Origin: Acaryochloris marina S15
GTDB taxonomy: Bacteria; Cyanobacteriota; Cyanobacteriia; Thermosynechococcales; Thermosynechococcaceae
Assembly: GCF_018336915.1 (NCBI RefSeq)
Contig: NZ_CP064923.1
Location: 5,340,001 to 5,372,000, forward strand
Direction: 5' to 3'
DNA length: 32,000 bases
The notes beneath the pieces are model-generated. The model had not been told where the DNA came from and did not search any database. It saw nothing but the letters and a program-made list of their open reading frames with translations. The position numbers and the translations under genes are program-made. Below are positions 1-9,563 of the stretch, piece after piece (the first letter of the stretch is position 1; each line of letters begins with the position of its first letter).

Positions 1-1066
1 TCTTCACAATCGGATCGGCGATTACCGAACCGGCGACAACCGCCTGTAGTCCCCAACGATGGAAGATATCAATCAGCTCCTGTTCCCGGCCTTTTTCCGC
101 TACAAACAACATTCGCTCCTGGGATTCGGAGAGCAAATACTCGTAGGGCACCATCCCCGTTTCCCGATTGGGAATCAGATCTAAATCTAGATCAATGCCC
201 ACGCCACCTTTTTCCGCCATTTCGGCGGTAGAACAGGTGAGGCCAGCGGCTCCCATATCTTGAGCAGCGACGACAGCCCCTGTTTGGAAGGCTTCTAGAC
301 AGGCTTCAATTAAAGATTTTTCTAAAAAGGGGTCGCCCACCTGAACGGCAGGACGATCTTCTACTTCAGAGGTGGCATCCAGTTCTGCACTGGCAAAGCT
401 GGCCCCACCCATGCCGTCTCTCCCAGTAGTAGAGCCAACATAAAGCACTGGATTGCCCACACCAGCTGCTCCTGCTTTGACAATCTCTGAGGTTTCCATC
501 AGCCCCATGGCCATGGCATTGACCAAAGGATTGCCGTTATAAGCGGGGTCAAAATACACCTCACCACCAACGGTCGGCACACCGACGCAGTTGCCATAGT
601 GAGCAATTCCGGCGACTACCCCACTAAATAAGCGGCGGGTGCGGGCATCATCTAGATCGCCGAATCGGAGGGAATTAAGTACGGCAATAGGGCGGGCGCC
701 CATGGTGAAGATATCCCGTAAAATCCCCCCTACTCCAGTTGCCGCACCCTGAAAGGGCTCAACGGCAGAGGGATGGTTGTGGGACTCTACTTTAAAAGCA
801 AGCTGTAGGCCATTGCCTAAATCCACGACTCCAGCATTTTCACCTGGCCCTACTAAGACATGCTTTCCTTCTGTGGGAAATTGCGAGAGTAAGGACCGCG
901 AATTCTTATAGCAGCAATGCTCGGACCACATGACACCAAACATACCGAGTTCGGCTCGATTAGGATGACGGCCCAAGCGCTGAACAATATCGTCGTATTC
1001 TTCGGGCTTTAGCCCTTCAGCAGCAATTTCTTTAGGGGAAAAAGGAGAAGATCCAGGGCTTGCCAT
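1..1066 (-). CDS. purL: FGAM synthase II (PurL), N-terminal ~355 codons; the 3' end lies beyond the window
   Basis: My own minus-strand translation from the ATG (complement of 1064-1066) gives [56 protein letters not shown]...[33 protein letters not shown]. These are hallmark PurL motifs. The frame stays open to position 1. It is absent from the ORF track because it is truncated. Confidence 0.85.
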   Translation of the reverse strand, partial: MASPGSSPFSPKEIAAEGLKPEEYDDIVQRLGRHPNRAELGMFGVMWSEHCCYKNSRSLLSQFPTEGKHVLVGPGENAGVVDLGNGLQLAFKVESHNHPSAVEPFQGAATGVGGILRDIFTMGARPIAVLNSLRFGDLDDARTRRLFSGVVAGIAHYGNCVGVPTVGGEVYFDPAYNGNPLVNAMAMGLMETSEIVKAGAAGVGNPVLYVGSTTGRDGMGGASFASAELDATSEVEDRPAVQVGDPFLEKSLIEACLEAFQTGAVVAAQDMGAAGLTCSTAEMAEKGGVGIDLDLDLIPNRETGMVPYEYLLSESQERMLFVAEKGREQELIDIFHRWGLQAVVAGSVIADPIVK

Positions 1067-1177
1067 GTACTCTATACCAATCGCACAAGTCCCCATTGTA
1101 CAGGTTGATTTGAGCCATAGATTTCTACAAATCTATGGATGAAGATTTAGGATCAGATTGCTGCCAATTAGGATGAT

Positions 1178-1810
1178 TTAATTTTGTAGATGTGTCTGTG
1201 CCCATGTCCGAATAGCTTGGCGAAGTGTCCGTCTTCCTTGCTGACGATATTCCTCAATTAATTGTGGTAGTTCTCGAATTGGGAGCTGTGGAAACACTAA
1301 GCTATTAGCTGATTCTACATACGCTCCTTGGCGCAGATGGTAAATCGTTATCTGTCCATCGTCATAACACCATAGTTCAGGGACACCCAGTCGAGCATAA
1401 ATGGGTAAGCGGTTTAATGACTTGCTGGTTAAATCAATTTCTAACGATAAGTCAGGGGGCGGATCACGATCTAGGTCAAACGATAATTTTCCTCGAACCT
1501 TAGATTCATTTTGAAAGTAAAAGCAGTTATCTGGTTCTAGCCCTGCTTCTTGGATTTGCCGCCGCCAAGTTGTCGAACCATAGCTTTCATAATCGCGTTC
1601 CAGGACATCGGCTATTTCTTTGGTGGCCTCGCTGAGAACTTCTTTGTAATATTCGTGTTCTGGTAGAGGCGTCATAATTTCTAGAGTTCCGCGATCGTAG
1701 GCTAGACGAGCGGCACGATGATCTCCCAAGTCTTGGAGAAGAGCTTCAAATTGTTGCCAACTAATGTCATATAGGAGAATGCGATCGCATCTCCGAAACG
1801 TTGTAACCAT
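1178..1810 (-). CDS. Uma2-family (DUF820) putative restriction-type endonuclease
   Basis: 210-aa ORF with the pattern typical of the cyanobacterial Uma2 family: ISWQQFEALLQDLGD..RLAYDRGTLEIMTP, EPDNCFYFQN, DPPPDLSLEIDLTS, IYARLGVPELW. Confidence 0.85.
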   Translation of the reverse strand: MVTTFRRCDRILLYDISWQQFEALLQDLGDHRAARLAYDRGTLEIMTPLPEHEYYKEVLSEATKEIADVLERDYESYGSTTWRRQIQEAGLEPDNCFYFQNESKVRGKLSFDLDRDPPPDLSLEIDLTSKSLNRLPIYARLGVPELWCYDDGQITIYHLRQGAYVESANSLVFPQLPIRELPQLIEEYRQQGRRTLRQAIRTWAQTHLQN

Positions 1811-1855
1811 AAAATTTTAATGAACACCTATCCGTGATATTGGCAGTCAGTGCTT

Positions 1856-2794
1856 TTATAGAGACTTACCCCGATTATCTCGTACATCACAGACCCGGTG
1901 CCAGAGATCATGATCTTGGCGATAGATTTCCAGGGCTTGGATTGCTTCTTGGGCCGTTTTGTCACTGCCGTCTGCAACCAGATCTAGCAAAAACTGAAAT
2001 GCCTCATCGGTTCTGAGCATGGCAATGGCGAGGAGTCCGGTGAGGCGTAATTCAGGATCTTGGACCCCTTGCCACCAGGTTTGGAGGGGTTCTAGTGCTG
2101 TTGGTTGTCTAGACTCGCCTAATACCAGAGCCACCAACTCCTGCACTTGCTGATTGGTATCACTCAGAAAGTTTGAGACGAAGGCCATGGACTGCTGTGG
2201 AGCCAACTTTAGTAAGGCTGCCAAGTACTCGGACAAGACTTGTGGTTCATCGCCTATCTTGGCCCGTAATCGCAGGAGTGGAATGCCTTGGGGGTCTTCG
2301 GTATAGGCGATGGCTCTCGCGGCTACCATCCGGGCTGAACCTTCTGGGTCGGCGAGTAAATCAGCCAGCTCTGTTATCACGTTAGGGTAATGCATCCGTA
2401 CTAACCCTAGGGCACAGTTGCCGCGCAAGGTCGCTGCGGTATCGACAGACCCACCCCAGACTGGCTCCATTTGCACATGCCGAATCCCCTGAAGGAACAA
2501 AGCGTGATTATGGGATTCTAGGCGGTAGAGGGTGTCGGCGATAGCGGCTTTGGCTAAACAGTTGGGGTCGCGTTTTACGGGTTTTTGCATTAACCGGATG
2601 AAGATCTCTGCAAGTTCAGTATTGAGGTCAGTCAGTCCCCGTTGGCCCAGGATTTTGGCCGCTTGGGTAATGGTTGAAGCATGAGGGTCGCGCAGTACTT
2701 GACGCCACCGATCTACTGTCTCAGGGGTTAGTTCAGACTCCCGCAGTTCAGCTAGGAGAATTTGGTTTTCTTCCAATTGACGTGAGCGGGCCAT
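1856..2794 (-). CDS. HEAT-repeat protein (PBS-lyase HEAT-like repeats), function unknown
   Basis: 312-aa ORF, alpha-helical. Repeated units resemble HEAT_2 repeats, e.g. A..LG..G....L..LL.D and PEGSARMVAARAIAY. Confidence 0.55.
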   Translation of the reverse strand: MARSRQLEENQILLAELRESELTPETVDRWRQVLRDPHASTITQAAKILGQRGLTDLNTELAEIFIRLMQKPVKRDPNCLAKAAIADTLYRLESHNHALFLQGIRHVQMEPVWGGSVDTAATLRGNCALGLVRMHYPNVITELADLLADPEGSARMVAARAIAYTEDPQGIPLLRLRAKIGDEPQVLSEYLAALLKLAPQQSMAFVSNFLSDTNQQVQELVALVLGESRQPTALEPLQTWWQGVQDPELRLTGLLAIAMLRTDEAFQFLLDLVADGSDKTAQEAIQALEIYRQDHDLWHRVCDVRDNRGKSL

Positions 2795-2865
2795 TGTCTT
2801 AAATGCCTGAATCTTGCTTCATTCTGGTTTTGGTTCAGAAAGGAGGAGGCGTTTTCTCGGAAATT

Positions 2866-3564
2866 TTAAGGGTAATAGGTTTGATGCATGCGATCGCAAT
2901 ACAATACCAAGTTCTCTAATTGCGCAGCCTTATCTCTTAAAGGTGATGTCAGAGTTTTATCAAGGATATTGGCAAGACAGCTATAGGCAGAAGCATCCAG
3001 GGTTGTGGGCTGATCACCCATAAAGTAGGGTTTGTCTTGCAAGAAATCCGAAAGGGCTTGGATATCCAAGGCTGCAATCTGGTAAATTTCTGATTCGGCA
3101 TGCCTACCCATGCCGTGCCCTTGCAAATTTTGGGTGACGGTATTGCGGGCAATCTTGGGCACTAAGAGGCGGAGTGGAAGAGGTAAATCGGAGAAATAGA
3201 CGGCTTTAGTCTTCTGCCAATTCTCTTCGTCAATCCAGCGAGTATAGACCAATGCCCAATAGAGATTCTCTTCAATGAGTCGTCGCATGGCGAGAGCAAT
3301 AGAAGCCTCAGCAGGACTCAAATGACTATCTAGTGGATCACCATAGGTGATTTTGAGATATTCGATGATTAGATTAGAGTCGGCAATAATCTGGCCCTTG
3401 TCTTCGATGTAAGGCAGCTTGCCTTTGGGTGCTTTACGCACATCAGCACTAGTATCGACCTGATAGTCCAGGTTAGCCATCCGAAAATAGATTTCTAGCT
3501 TCATGCAAAATGGGCTGGCATTGGGCAAACCCCAGGCGGGCTCAAACTGGTATAGCGTCAGCAT
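2866..3564 (-). CDS. glutathione S-transferase family protein
   Basis: 232-aa ORF. The N-terminal thioredoxin-like GST fold is visible (SPFCMKLEIYFRMANLDY...KGKLPYIEDKGQIIADSNLIIEYL), followed by a helical C-terminal domain. Confidence 0.7.
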   Translation of the reverse strand: MLTLYQFEPAWGLPNASPFCMKLEIYFRMANLDYQVDTSADVRKAPKGKLPYIEDKGQIIADSNLIIEYLKITYGDPLDSHLSPAEASIALAMRRLIEENLYWALVYTRWIDEENWQKTKAVYFSDLPLPLRLLVPKIARNTVTQNLQGHGMGRHAESEIYQIAALDIQALSDFLQDKPYFMGDQPTTLDASAYSCLANILDKTLTSPLRDKAAQLENLVLYCDRMHQTYYP

Positions 3565-4130
3565 GTGAGTTCCTTAAATATCGACAGCCCAATTAATGGA
3601 GTGGGCAGGAAAACAGGATATTAATTTTGCAAACGGAGGGAGGAGGGGATGATTCTAAACCCACTTAAGAGGAGTGAAAAGTGGGCGGGTACTTTGGTGA
3701 GGGATGGAAGGTGGTGAGTAGAGGGAATTGGTTATAAACCGATCCTGAATTGTATAGTACATAATTACTATCTATTAATCAAGAGATTTGTCTTTTGCAG
3801 TCACCTACGATTTTATGAATGCTTTGGCTTATGGTCATACCAGTCAGCACCTAAGAGTGTAGTTTTGATTATTTGCTAAGCCAATTCAGTATTGGGTTGC
3901 ACGAATTTGAGAGTTACACTTCCAGGTACAACTTGGTATCAGTCTATGCTGCTCAAGCTTAAGCCGAGAGGATGGTCAGGCTATTTGGAGGTGGTATGCA
4001 ACACCCCATTGAGATGCAGCAATAGATATATTGAGGTATTGCACTGAGCTTGGTCATTGCTATGTACTTATGGGCGGGCAAGAGATACGGCTCATGGGTG
4101 CACCCAGTGGATTCATGGATTATCTAGAGC

Positions 4131-5368
4131 TATAGATCTACAGATAAAGATCCGTGATTAGCTAGGCAGCTTGTGTACCCAAGGTTTTGCAATATTTGCC
4201 CATTAAGACAGTAATTTCATTGGGAGTCTGACTAAAGTACAGTAGCCCCTCATCGACCTGCTGAACTAAGTCATCAAATTGCTTGAAGAACCGTAGGTGT
4301 GTGCTGCGTTTTTTGAGTTTCTTCCACAAGAATTCAATTGGGTTGAAGTCAGGAGAATATGTGGGTAATTGGAAAGGAGTAAGGCGAGCGGATTGCTGGT
4401 CAAAGAACTGCTTAGTTGCTTTACTGGTGTGATATCTAGCCCCGTCCTGAATGAGAATAATATGCTTGTGAGTCTGCTGGAGTACTTGAGTTAGAAAAGC
4501 AGTATACCCTTCAGAATTGAAGCGTCCCGTCTGACCTTGATAGAAGAACTGACCAGAATGATAATCAATTAATCCAAACACCTTGTAAGCCTTCCGTTTA
4601 CCACTGGTGGGCAATGTTGGCTGGTCTCCACGAAGACTCCAGGTGTAGCTTAACGACCCCCACTGCGCAAAACTGGCCTCATCCCCAAATAAAATTAGGG
4701 CATCTTTGGCTGCTGATAAACGCAAAATCTCAGGCCATTTGTGTGTCATCCATTCTTGTCGCTTGGCTTCATTGAGATGAGCTGCAACAAACCGTGCTCT
4801 TTGAAATGAAAAGCCTAAGTTCCTCAGTAGAGTACTCACATAATGGGGATGATAGGAAACATTGAAGCGTTTCGCAATCAGGTCTTGAACCATTAATGCA
4901 CTCCAACAACCACACTCGTATCCAGCTTTGAGCGGACCTGCTTTAATCCATGACTTGAGCTGTTGTCGTTGCCGTGGAGTGAGTTTGCTGCGACGTCCTT
5001 GAGACGCTTTGTATCTAAAGCTAGCGATACCTCGTTTTAGAAATGCATGCAGATAATCCCTGATCGTTTGTTCGCCTAGTGCCAATGTTTCAGCTACCTG
5101 TGCCACTGAACCACCTTGACCAAGCTGCAATAAAGCACTAATACGTTTGACCAGACGTAAATTCTGACTCCCGTATGCCTGGCGCAGTTTAGCTTCAATC
5201 TTTTTGCGTGTTGATTGGGTAAAGCGCAGTTTGAATTGTGCGAGCATACTGGATGACCTCTGATAATCTTGAAATCCTTGCCAGAGCTAAGAGTATCAGG
5301 AGCTAGTTACTATATTTAATGAAGATGTAGTGTCGCTAAAACCACGGATGCTTTTCTGAAGATCTATA
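4131..5368 (-). mobile_element. IS630-family insertion sequence (~1.24 kb) with terminal inverted repeats
   Basis: TATAGATCTACAGATAAAGATCCGTGATT (4131-4159) matches the reverse complement of 5340-5368 (TATAGATCTTCAGAAAAGCATCCGTGGTT) at 24 of 29 positions. Both ends begin in TA, consistent with IS630/Tc1 TA target duplication. The element encloses one transposase ORF. Confidence 0.85.
4162..5247 (-). CDS. IS630-family DDE transposase
   Basis: 361 aa. N-terminal HTH region (SVAQVAETLALGEQTIRDYL). DDE-type core with LILFGDEASF, ILIQDGARYHTS and YSPDFNPIEFLWKKLK. Confidence 0.9.
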   Translation of the reverse strand: MLAQFKLRFTQSTRKKIEAKLRQAYGSQNLRLVKRISALLQLGQGGSVAQVAETLALGEQTIRDYLHAFLKRGIASFRYKASQGRRSKLTPRQRQQLKSWIKAGPLKAGYECGCWSALMVQDLIAKRFNVSYHPHYVSTLLRNLGFSFQRARFVAAHLNEAKRQEWMTHKWPEILRLSAAKDALILFGDEASFAQWGSLSYTWSLRGDQPTLPTSGKRKAYKVFGLIDYHSGQFFYQGQTGRFNSEGYTAFLTQVLQQTHKHIILIQDGARYHTSKATKQFFDQQSARLTPFQLPTYSPDFNPIEFLWKKLKKRSTHLRFFKQFDDLVQQVDEGLLYFSQTPNEITVLMGKYCKTLGTQAA

Positions 5369-5389
5369 GATAGCTGAGCGGAGGACTAA

Positions 5390-6190
5390 ATGTCAACGGC
5401 TAACTACATTTTTACTGAGACTCAATATGCTCAGGAACTAGAGCGGCTCCAAGCCATTGAAAAAATCTTTGATCCAACTAGCCGTCAACGACTGGAGTCG
5501 ACAGGCATAACGACGAACTGGAGATGTTTGGAAGTTGGGGCAGGAGCGGGGTCAATCACGCAATGGATGGCGGGCGCAGTTGGAGAAAGTGGCCAGGTGG
5601 TTGCGGTTGATCTAGATACCCGATTTGTCGCTAATCTTGAATCCAGTAATGTTGAGGTCTTGGAAGGCGATATCCAGCATCTTCCCCTAGAAAAACATTC
5701 ATTTGATTTGGTCCATGCCCGCTATGTTTTGGTCCATAATCTCGATGCTCATGCAGTGCTATCGAGGTTGTTGGATTTAGTAAAACCGGGTGGATGGATT
5801 GTTTTAGAGGAACCTGACTTTGCGGCTGCGAGGGCCATTGCAGGTGAAGCCTCTGCTTGTCAGTCTGTGAATAATGTGAACCAGGCGATTGAGAAGATGT
5901 TTACAGCGAGGGGGATGGATTATGGTCTTGGTGCGAAGTTACCTGCTCTATTACAGTCCTATGATTTACAGTCATTTGCTGTAGAGGTGGATACTCACCT
6001 CTCTCCGGGTGGTTCGGGCATCGCGACCATGATGGCAATGTCTACTATACAGTTGGCGGAGAAATATATTGCAACGGGTGCAGTGACTCAGGCAGACATC
6101 GATCATTATGGCCGATTTGCAGAAGATCCAAATGCTTGGGCGATTTACTATGCGACGGTAGGCGTTATTGCTCAGAAACTGCAGGCATAG
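5390..6190 (+). CDS. class I SAM-dependent methyltransferase
   Basis: 266 aa. Motif I is LEVGAGAGSITQWM, the acidic loop is VVAVDLD, and motif post-II/III is LVKPGGWIVLEEP. A GGAGGA Shine-Dalgarno sequence sits 4 nt upstream of the ATG. Confidence 0.8.
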   Translation: MSTANYIFTETQYAQELERLQAIEKIFDPTSRQRLESTGITTNWRCLEVGAGAGSITQWMAGAVGESGQVVAVDLDTRFVANLESSNVEVLEGDIQHLPLEKHSFDLVHARYVLVHNLDAHAVLSRLLDLVKPGGWIVLEEPDFAAARAIAGEASACQSVNNVNQAIEKMFTARGMDYGLGAKLPALLQSYDLQSFAVEVDTHLSPGGSGIATMMAMSTIQLAEKYIATGAVTQADIDHYGRFAEDPNAWAIYYATVGVIAQKLQA

Positions 6191-6966
6191 TGAAAACGAC
6201 TTGGATTGTACAATCCAACATTCCTAAATCTGATTCTGTATCGCTTTTGCAAGATGCTTGCGAACAATTGGAGCAGCCTTTCTATCCAGTGATGGTTCAA
6301 CCAGGGCAGAAGCATCTACCAGAGCTGTCTGAGGTTGATCCACCCCTTGTCTTTCACGGTGTCACGACGCTGATTCTCCGAGCAAGGGAAGATGCTCAAT
6401 GTCACAAAGGTGTCTTCTACGACCCTCAGAATTTTACTCATGCTGCCTACACAAAAGGCTTTGGTAATGCCTACCTCAATTACGATGCTCAGGTGCTTGA
6501 CTGGTCATCATTGTTGAAAATGGCGACTGCTACGTCTGCTGCGTTCTTTATCAAACCTCCTGATGATCTCAAGGCATTTACTGGCTGCGTTGCTCGCTAT
6601 GAAGACATTCGACACATGCATCAAAAACTTTTAGATGCACCTCACCACCAGTCAGAAAATGTTGTGGTTGGACAGTGGTATGAAGTGGACGCAGAATGGC
6701 GACTTTTTGTTGTAAATGGTGAGGTGGTTACAGGATCGATGTATCGCCCTACTGCAGAAGCCTTTCTACCTCAAGAGCTTGTAGATTTTGCAGCTCAGTG
6801 TATTGCACGCTGGACCCCGGCTGATGTCTTTGTCCTGGATATTGGGCGGGTTGATCGGCAGTGGCGCATTATTGAATGCAACTGTTTTAACTGGAGTCGA
6901 TTTTACTTATCTGATGTCACAAGGCTTGTAGATAGAGTTTCAAGATTTCAAGAAGACAATTGGTAG
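6190..6966 (+). CDS. ATP-grasp domain protein (DUF4343/R2K-like), substrate unknown
   Basis: The C-terminal ATP-grasp core is present: EWRLFVVNGEVVTGSMYRP ... VFVLDIGRVDRQWRIIECNCFNWSRFY, a metal-binding E-x-N type motif. The likely start is GTG at 6190, overlapping the methyltransferase TAG by 1 nt (TAGTG). The track ATG at 6136 would overlap the upstream gene by 55 nt. Confidence 0.6.
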   Translation: MKTTWIVQSNIPKSDSVSLLQDACEQLEQPFYPVMVQPGQKHLPELSEVDPPLVFHGVTTLILRAREDAQCHKGVFYDPQNFTHAAYTKGFGNAYLNYDAQVLDWSSLLKMATATSAAFFIKPPDDLKAFTGCVARYEDIRHMHQKLLDAPHHQSENVVVGQWYEVDAEWRLFVVNGEVVTGSMYRPTAEAFLPQELVDFAAQCIARWTPADVFVLDIGRVDRQWRIIECNCFNWSRFYLSDVTRLVDRVSRFQEDNW

Positions 6967-7008
6967 GATTTCTCGCCTATTTGTAAGAGGTCCTGTGTTG
7001 ATCGCCTT

Positions 7009-8094
7009 TTATGATTTACCTTTCAGTAAAAGGCTACTGAAGTAGAGAAGTAAGGCAAGACAGAGAAATCCAAGGCGAAGATCGATGGGATAAGGAATTT
7101 GATCTAAGGCGGCAGGGAATAAGGTTTTGCCTAGATAGGCAGCATAGAACATATAGCCTAAGGCCACATGGCCGCAACGCTCTTGCAGGAGAGCAAATAT
7201 GGTTGCAAATGTAGGGCCATAGAGAACTGCAGCAACTGGAAACAGAAAGCCGAAACTAGAGAAAAATGTGAGTGAAATGGTTACTAAACCCGCCAAAAAT
7301 AATATCTGTAACCGTTGCACTGGACGAGGACCAACCCAAACCCCTAATGTTAAGCGGCCTAGAGTTAAACCACCCCAGTAAGCAGAGAGCAAAGCACTTT
7401 GCCAGCCCTTACTCCACCCGATACTACTGAGGTAAGAGCCACTCCAAGTGCCAATCGAGCTTTCCAAGCCGACATAAAGCAAAATCACCAGCAGAAAAGG
7501 CCAAGCGATGCTCCACTGAACTCGATCTTGGCGAGGTTGAAAATTTTGAACGGAGGGTGCTTGCCATGCCAGAGCACTTGCCAGAATAGCACCTATGGCT
7601 ACTAAGCCAAATGCCCAGCGCCAGGGCAATACTGCACTAATTAATGGGGCACTGAGGGCACCGACGCCAAAAGTAGCATTGGCCCAATTTAAGACGGTGA
7701 TTTTACGGCGAGGGTGTAACTCTCCGACCAAGTTATTGCAGTGGAAGTTGAGAATGCCGTCCCCCCAACCTAGGAGAAGGGCAGCACCACCAATCCACCC
7801 AAATCCAGGGGCACAAGCTGCTGCGATAAAGGCGATCCCAATGGCAGCAAAGGCTAAAGTGAACACCGGATGGCGATATTTTTGCCGAGAGACCCAGATT
7901 AACCCCCCTAAGCTGCTGATCAAAAAGAGGGTGTAAAACAGACCGATATTGACGCCTGCGCCAAAGGTGTCGGTCCACTGCTGAAGAAAGGCACCGGGCA
8001 TAGCGACCACAATGCCATGGAGATATAGGCCGATAAATCCAGCTGCTGTTAAGCGACCTCGGGGGTGGGTTGGGGGAGGGCTGGATTCGGTCAA
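7009..8094 (-). CDS. multi-pass membrane transporter, MFS-like
   Basis: 361 aa, made almost entirely of hydrophobic helix-length segments separated by short loops (about 10-12 by eye). The TTG start overlaps the upstream gene's stop (TTGA), suggesting translational coupling. Confidence 0.55.
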   Translation of the reverse strand: MTESSPPPTHPRGRLTAAGFIGLYLHGIVVAMPGAFLQQWTDTFGAGVNIGLFYTLFLISSLGGLIWVSRQKYRHPVFTLAFAAIGIAFIAAACAPGFGWIGGAALLLGWGDGILNFHCNNLVGELHPRRKITVLNWANATFGVGALSAPLISAVLPWRWAFGLVAIGAILASALAWQAPSVQNFQPRQDRVQWSIAWPFLLVILLYVGLESSIGTWSGSYLSSIGWSKGWQSALLSAYWGGLTLGRLTLGVWVGPRPVQRLQILFLAGLVTISLTFFSSFGFLFPVAAVLYGPTFATIFALLQERCGHVALGYMFYAAYLGKTLFPAALDQIPYPIDLRLGFLCLALLLYFSSLLLKGKS

Positions 8095-9158
8095 GAGTGT
8101 TGAGATAGTAAGAGGTCAGACGTCAAATACTGGGTCACTAAGTCTGAGCCAAAGTGATGCTCCAAATCCTGGATGAGAGCATAGGGGATAGGAATGCCCT
8201 GTTGAGTGCGCGTTTGCTCTGTGACAACTTCCAACTCACCGGGGAAATAGATGGGCTGCTGCGGGTCGAGGCGTGGGGTTTGTTTTAGAGTTGCGATCGC
8301 ATCCCCAACACGCTCCGCAAATTCCTCTGGGTCAGACCAGACGGACGGATCGATCACCCCGAAAAAATGTCCCATACCGTTCATTTGATCATGTCTGGAC
8401 TTGGTTTTAAACAGAGCAGCCGCCGTCCCTAACAAAGGACCACAAAGCAAATCTGCAATCAGAGCCATGCCTGCTCCTTTGGGAGAAGTGGCTTGATTGA
8501 CGGCCACAAATTGGGCTTCCGAGGTGGTCTCACCTGCTGCTGTTAACCCCCATTCTGACGGAATAGGAAGTCCCTGATAGCCGAAATGCTTGATTTTACC
8601 GCCACTAACCGTTCCCACTGCCATATCCAACACGATAGGCGTTTCACCGTTAGGGATACCCCAGGAAAAAGGATTATTGCCCAACCGCGCCTCTTTACCG
8701 CCATAGGGGGCTAAATCCACCACATTAGTGTCACTGGTGGCAAAGCCAATCATCCCGGCTGCTGCGGCCATGCGCGTATAGTAGCCAGCCATGCCGAAGT
8801 GATTGCTATTTGAGACTCCAACCACGGCCATGCCCATTTCACGAGCCTGTTTGATCGCCTGTCCCATGGCGACTTGGGCGGCATATTGGCCAGGAGCCCG
8901 ATCGGCTTCAATACGAAGCATGGTAGGGCGATCCGTCTGGATTTGTAACTTGGGCTGAGGATTAATTCGACCACTACGAAGACTTTTGTCATACCCCATA
9001 ATCTGCTGCACACCGTGGGAATCCATCCCCCATAGATTGGCTTGAACCAGATGGTCTGTGATAGCGGTGACAGTCTCTGGTTGTAGGGGATAGTTGGCTA
9101 AAACAGCGGTGAGAAAGGTGCGAAGTTGAGAGGCAGAAACCTGAATAGATGAAGGCAT
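8091..9158 (-). CDS. Ldh_2 family (malate/L-lactate dehydrogenase type 2) NAD(P)H-dependent oxidoreductase
   Basis: 355 aa. N-terminal LVQANLWGMDSHGVQQI, then SNSNHFGMAGYY and NPFSWGIP, which are characteristic Ldh_2 motifs. Confidence 0.8.
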   Translation of the reverse strand: MPSSIQVSASQLRTFLTAVLANYPLQPETVTAITDHLVQANLWGMDSHGVQQIMGYDKSLRSGRINPQPKLQIQTDRPTMLRIEADRAPGQYAAQVAMGQAIKQAREMGMAVVGVSNSNHFGMAGYYTRMAAAAGMIGFATSDTNVVDLAPYGGKEARLGNNPFSWGIPNGETPIVLDMAVGTVSGGKIKHFGYQGLPIPSEWGLTAAGETTSEAQFVAVNQATSPKGAGMALIADLLCGPLLGTAAALFKTKSRHDQMNGMGHFFGVIDPSVWSDPEEFAERVGDAIATLKQTPRLDPQQPIYFPGELEVVTEQTRTQQGIPIPYALIQDLEHHFGSDLVTQYLTSDLLLSQHS

Positions 9159-9167
9159 ATAGGTTCG

Positions 9168-9407
9168 CTAAACAAAGGGTTGGTAGGTATCTTCGATCTG
9201 GGAGGTGAGGGTTTCTGGTGATTCAGGTTGTTTGACCCATCGCTGAGTGCGTACCCGCCAGTCTGGAGTTCCATCTACGGGGACAGTTAACGGTTGGATC
9301 ACCTCAGAGTTTAGCGAGATAGTGAAAGAAATGGGTATCCAGTACCCGCCGTCTTGATAATGTACTAGCGACCTTGGCCTAGATTCCTCACTTCTGGCAA
9401 ATGCGCA
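9168..9407 (-). pseudogene. start-less 79-codon open frame ending 9 nt upstream of the Ldh_2 ATG; probable remnant of an upstream operon gene
   Basis: My own translation gives ...SLVHYQDGGYWIPISFTISLNSEVIQPLTVPVDGTPDWRVRTQRWVKQPESPETLTSQIEDTYQPFV*. It contains no Met and is bounded upstream by TGA. Sequence between 9407 and the IS1 end has stops in all frames. Confidence 0.3.
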
Positions 9408-9563
9408 TCAGCCCCAAGCTGCCGCCGATGCGAACTTACAGTCCTTGCAATTTACAGCCTTGAAGCTGATGAATCTTTTGCAGCTTCTGGACTATGCAGT
9501 CATTGACTTTCGCATAGATCAACAGGGGTAAGACTATTTAGTGGATGTGAAGGCTGATGCGAC

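Noticed and set aside
3635-3735. A purine/G-rich tract (GGAGGGAGGAGGGG ... GTGGGCGGG ... GAGGGATGGAAGGTGG) upstream of the GST gene, considered as a possible G-quadruplex. It also includes a 22-codon ORF preceded by a GGAGG.
   Set aside because: The G-runs are short and widely spaced. The mini-ORF has no supporting conservation evidence available here. This cannot be supported from sequence alone.
6136-6189. ATG 6136 as the start of the ATP-grasp gene.
   Set aside because: It would overlap the methyltransferase gene by 55 nt and encode an implausible Cys/Arg-rich leader. GTG 6190 gives a 1-nt stop/start overlap.
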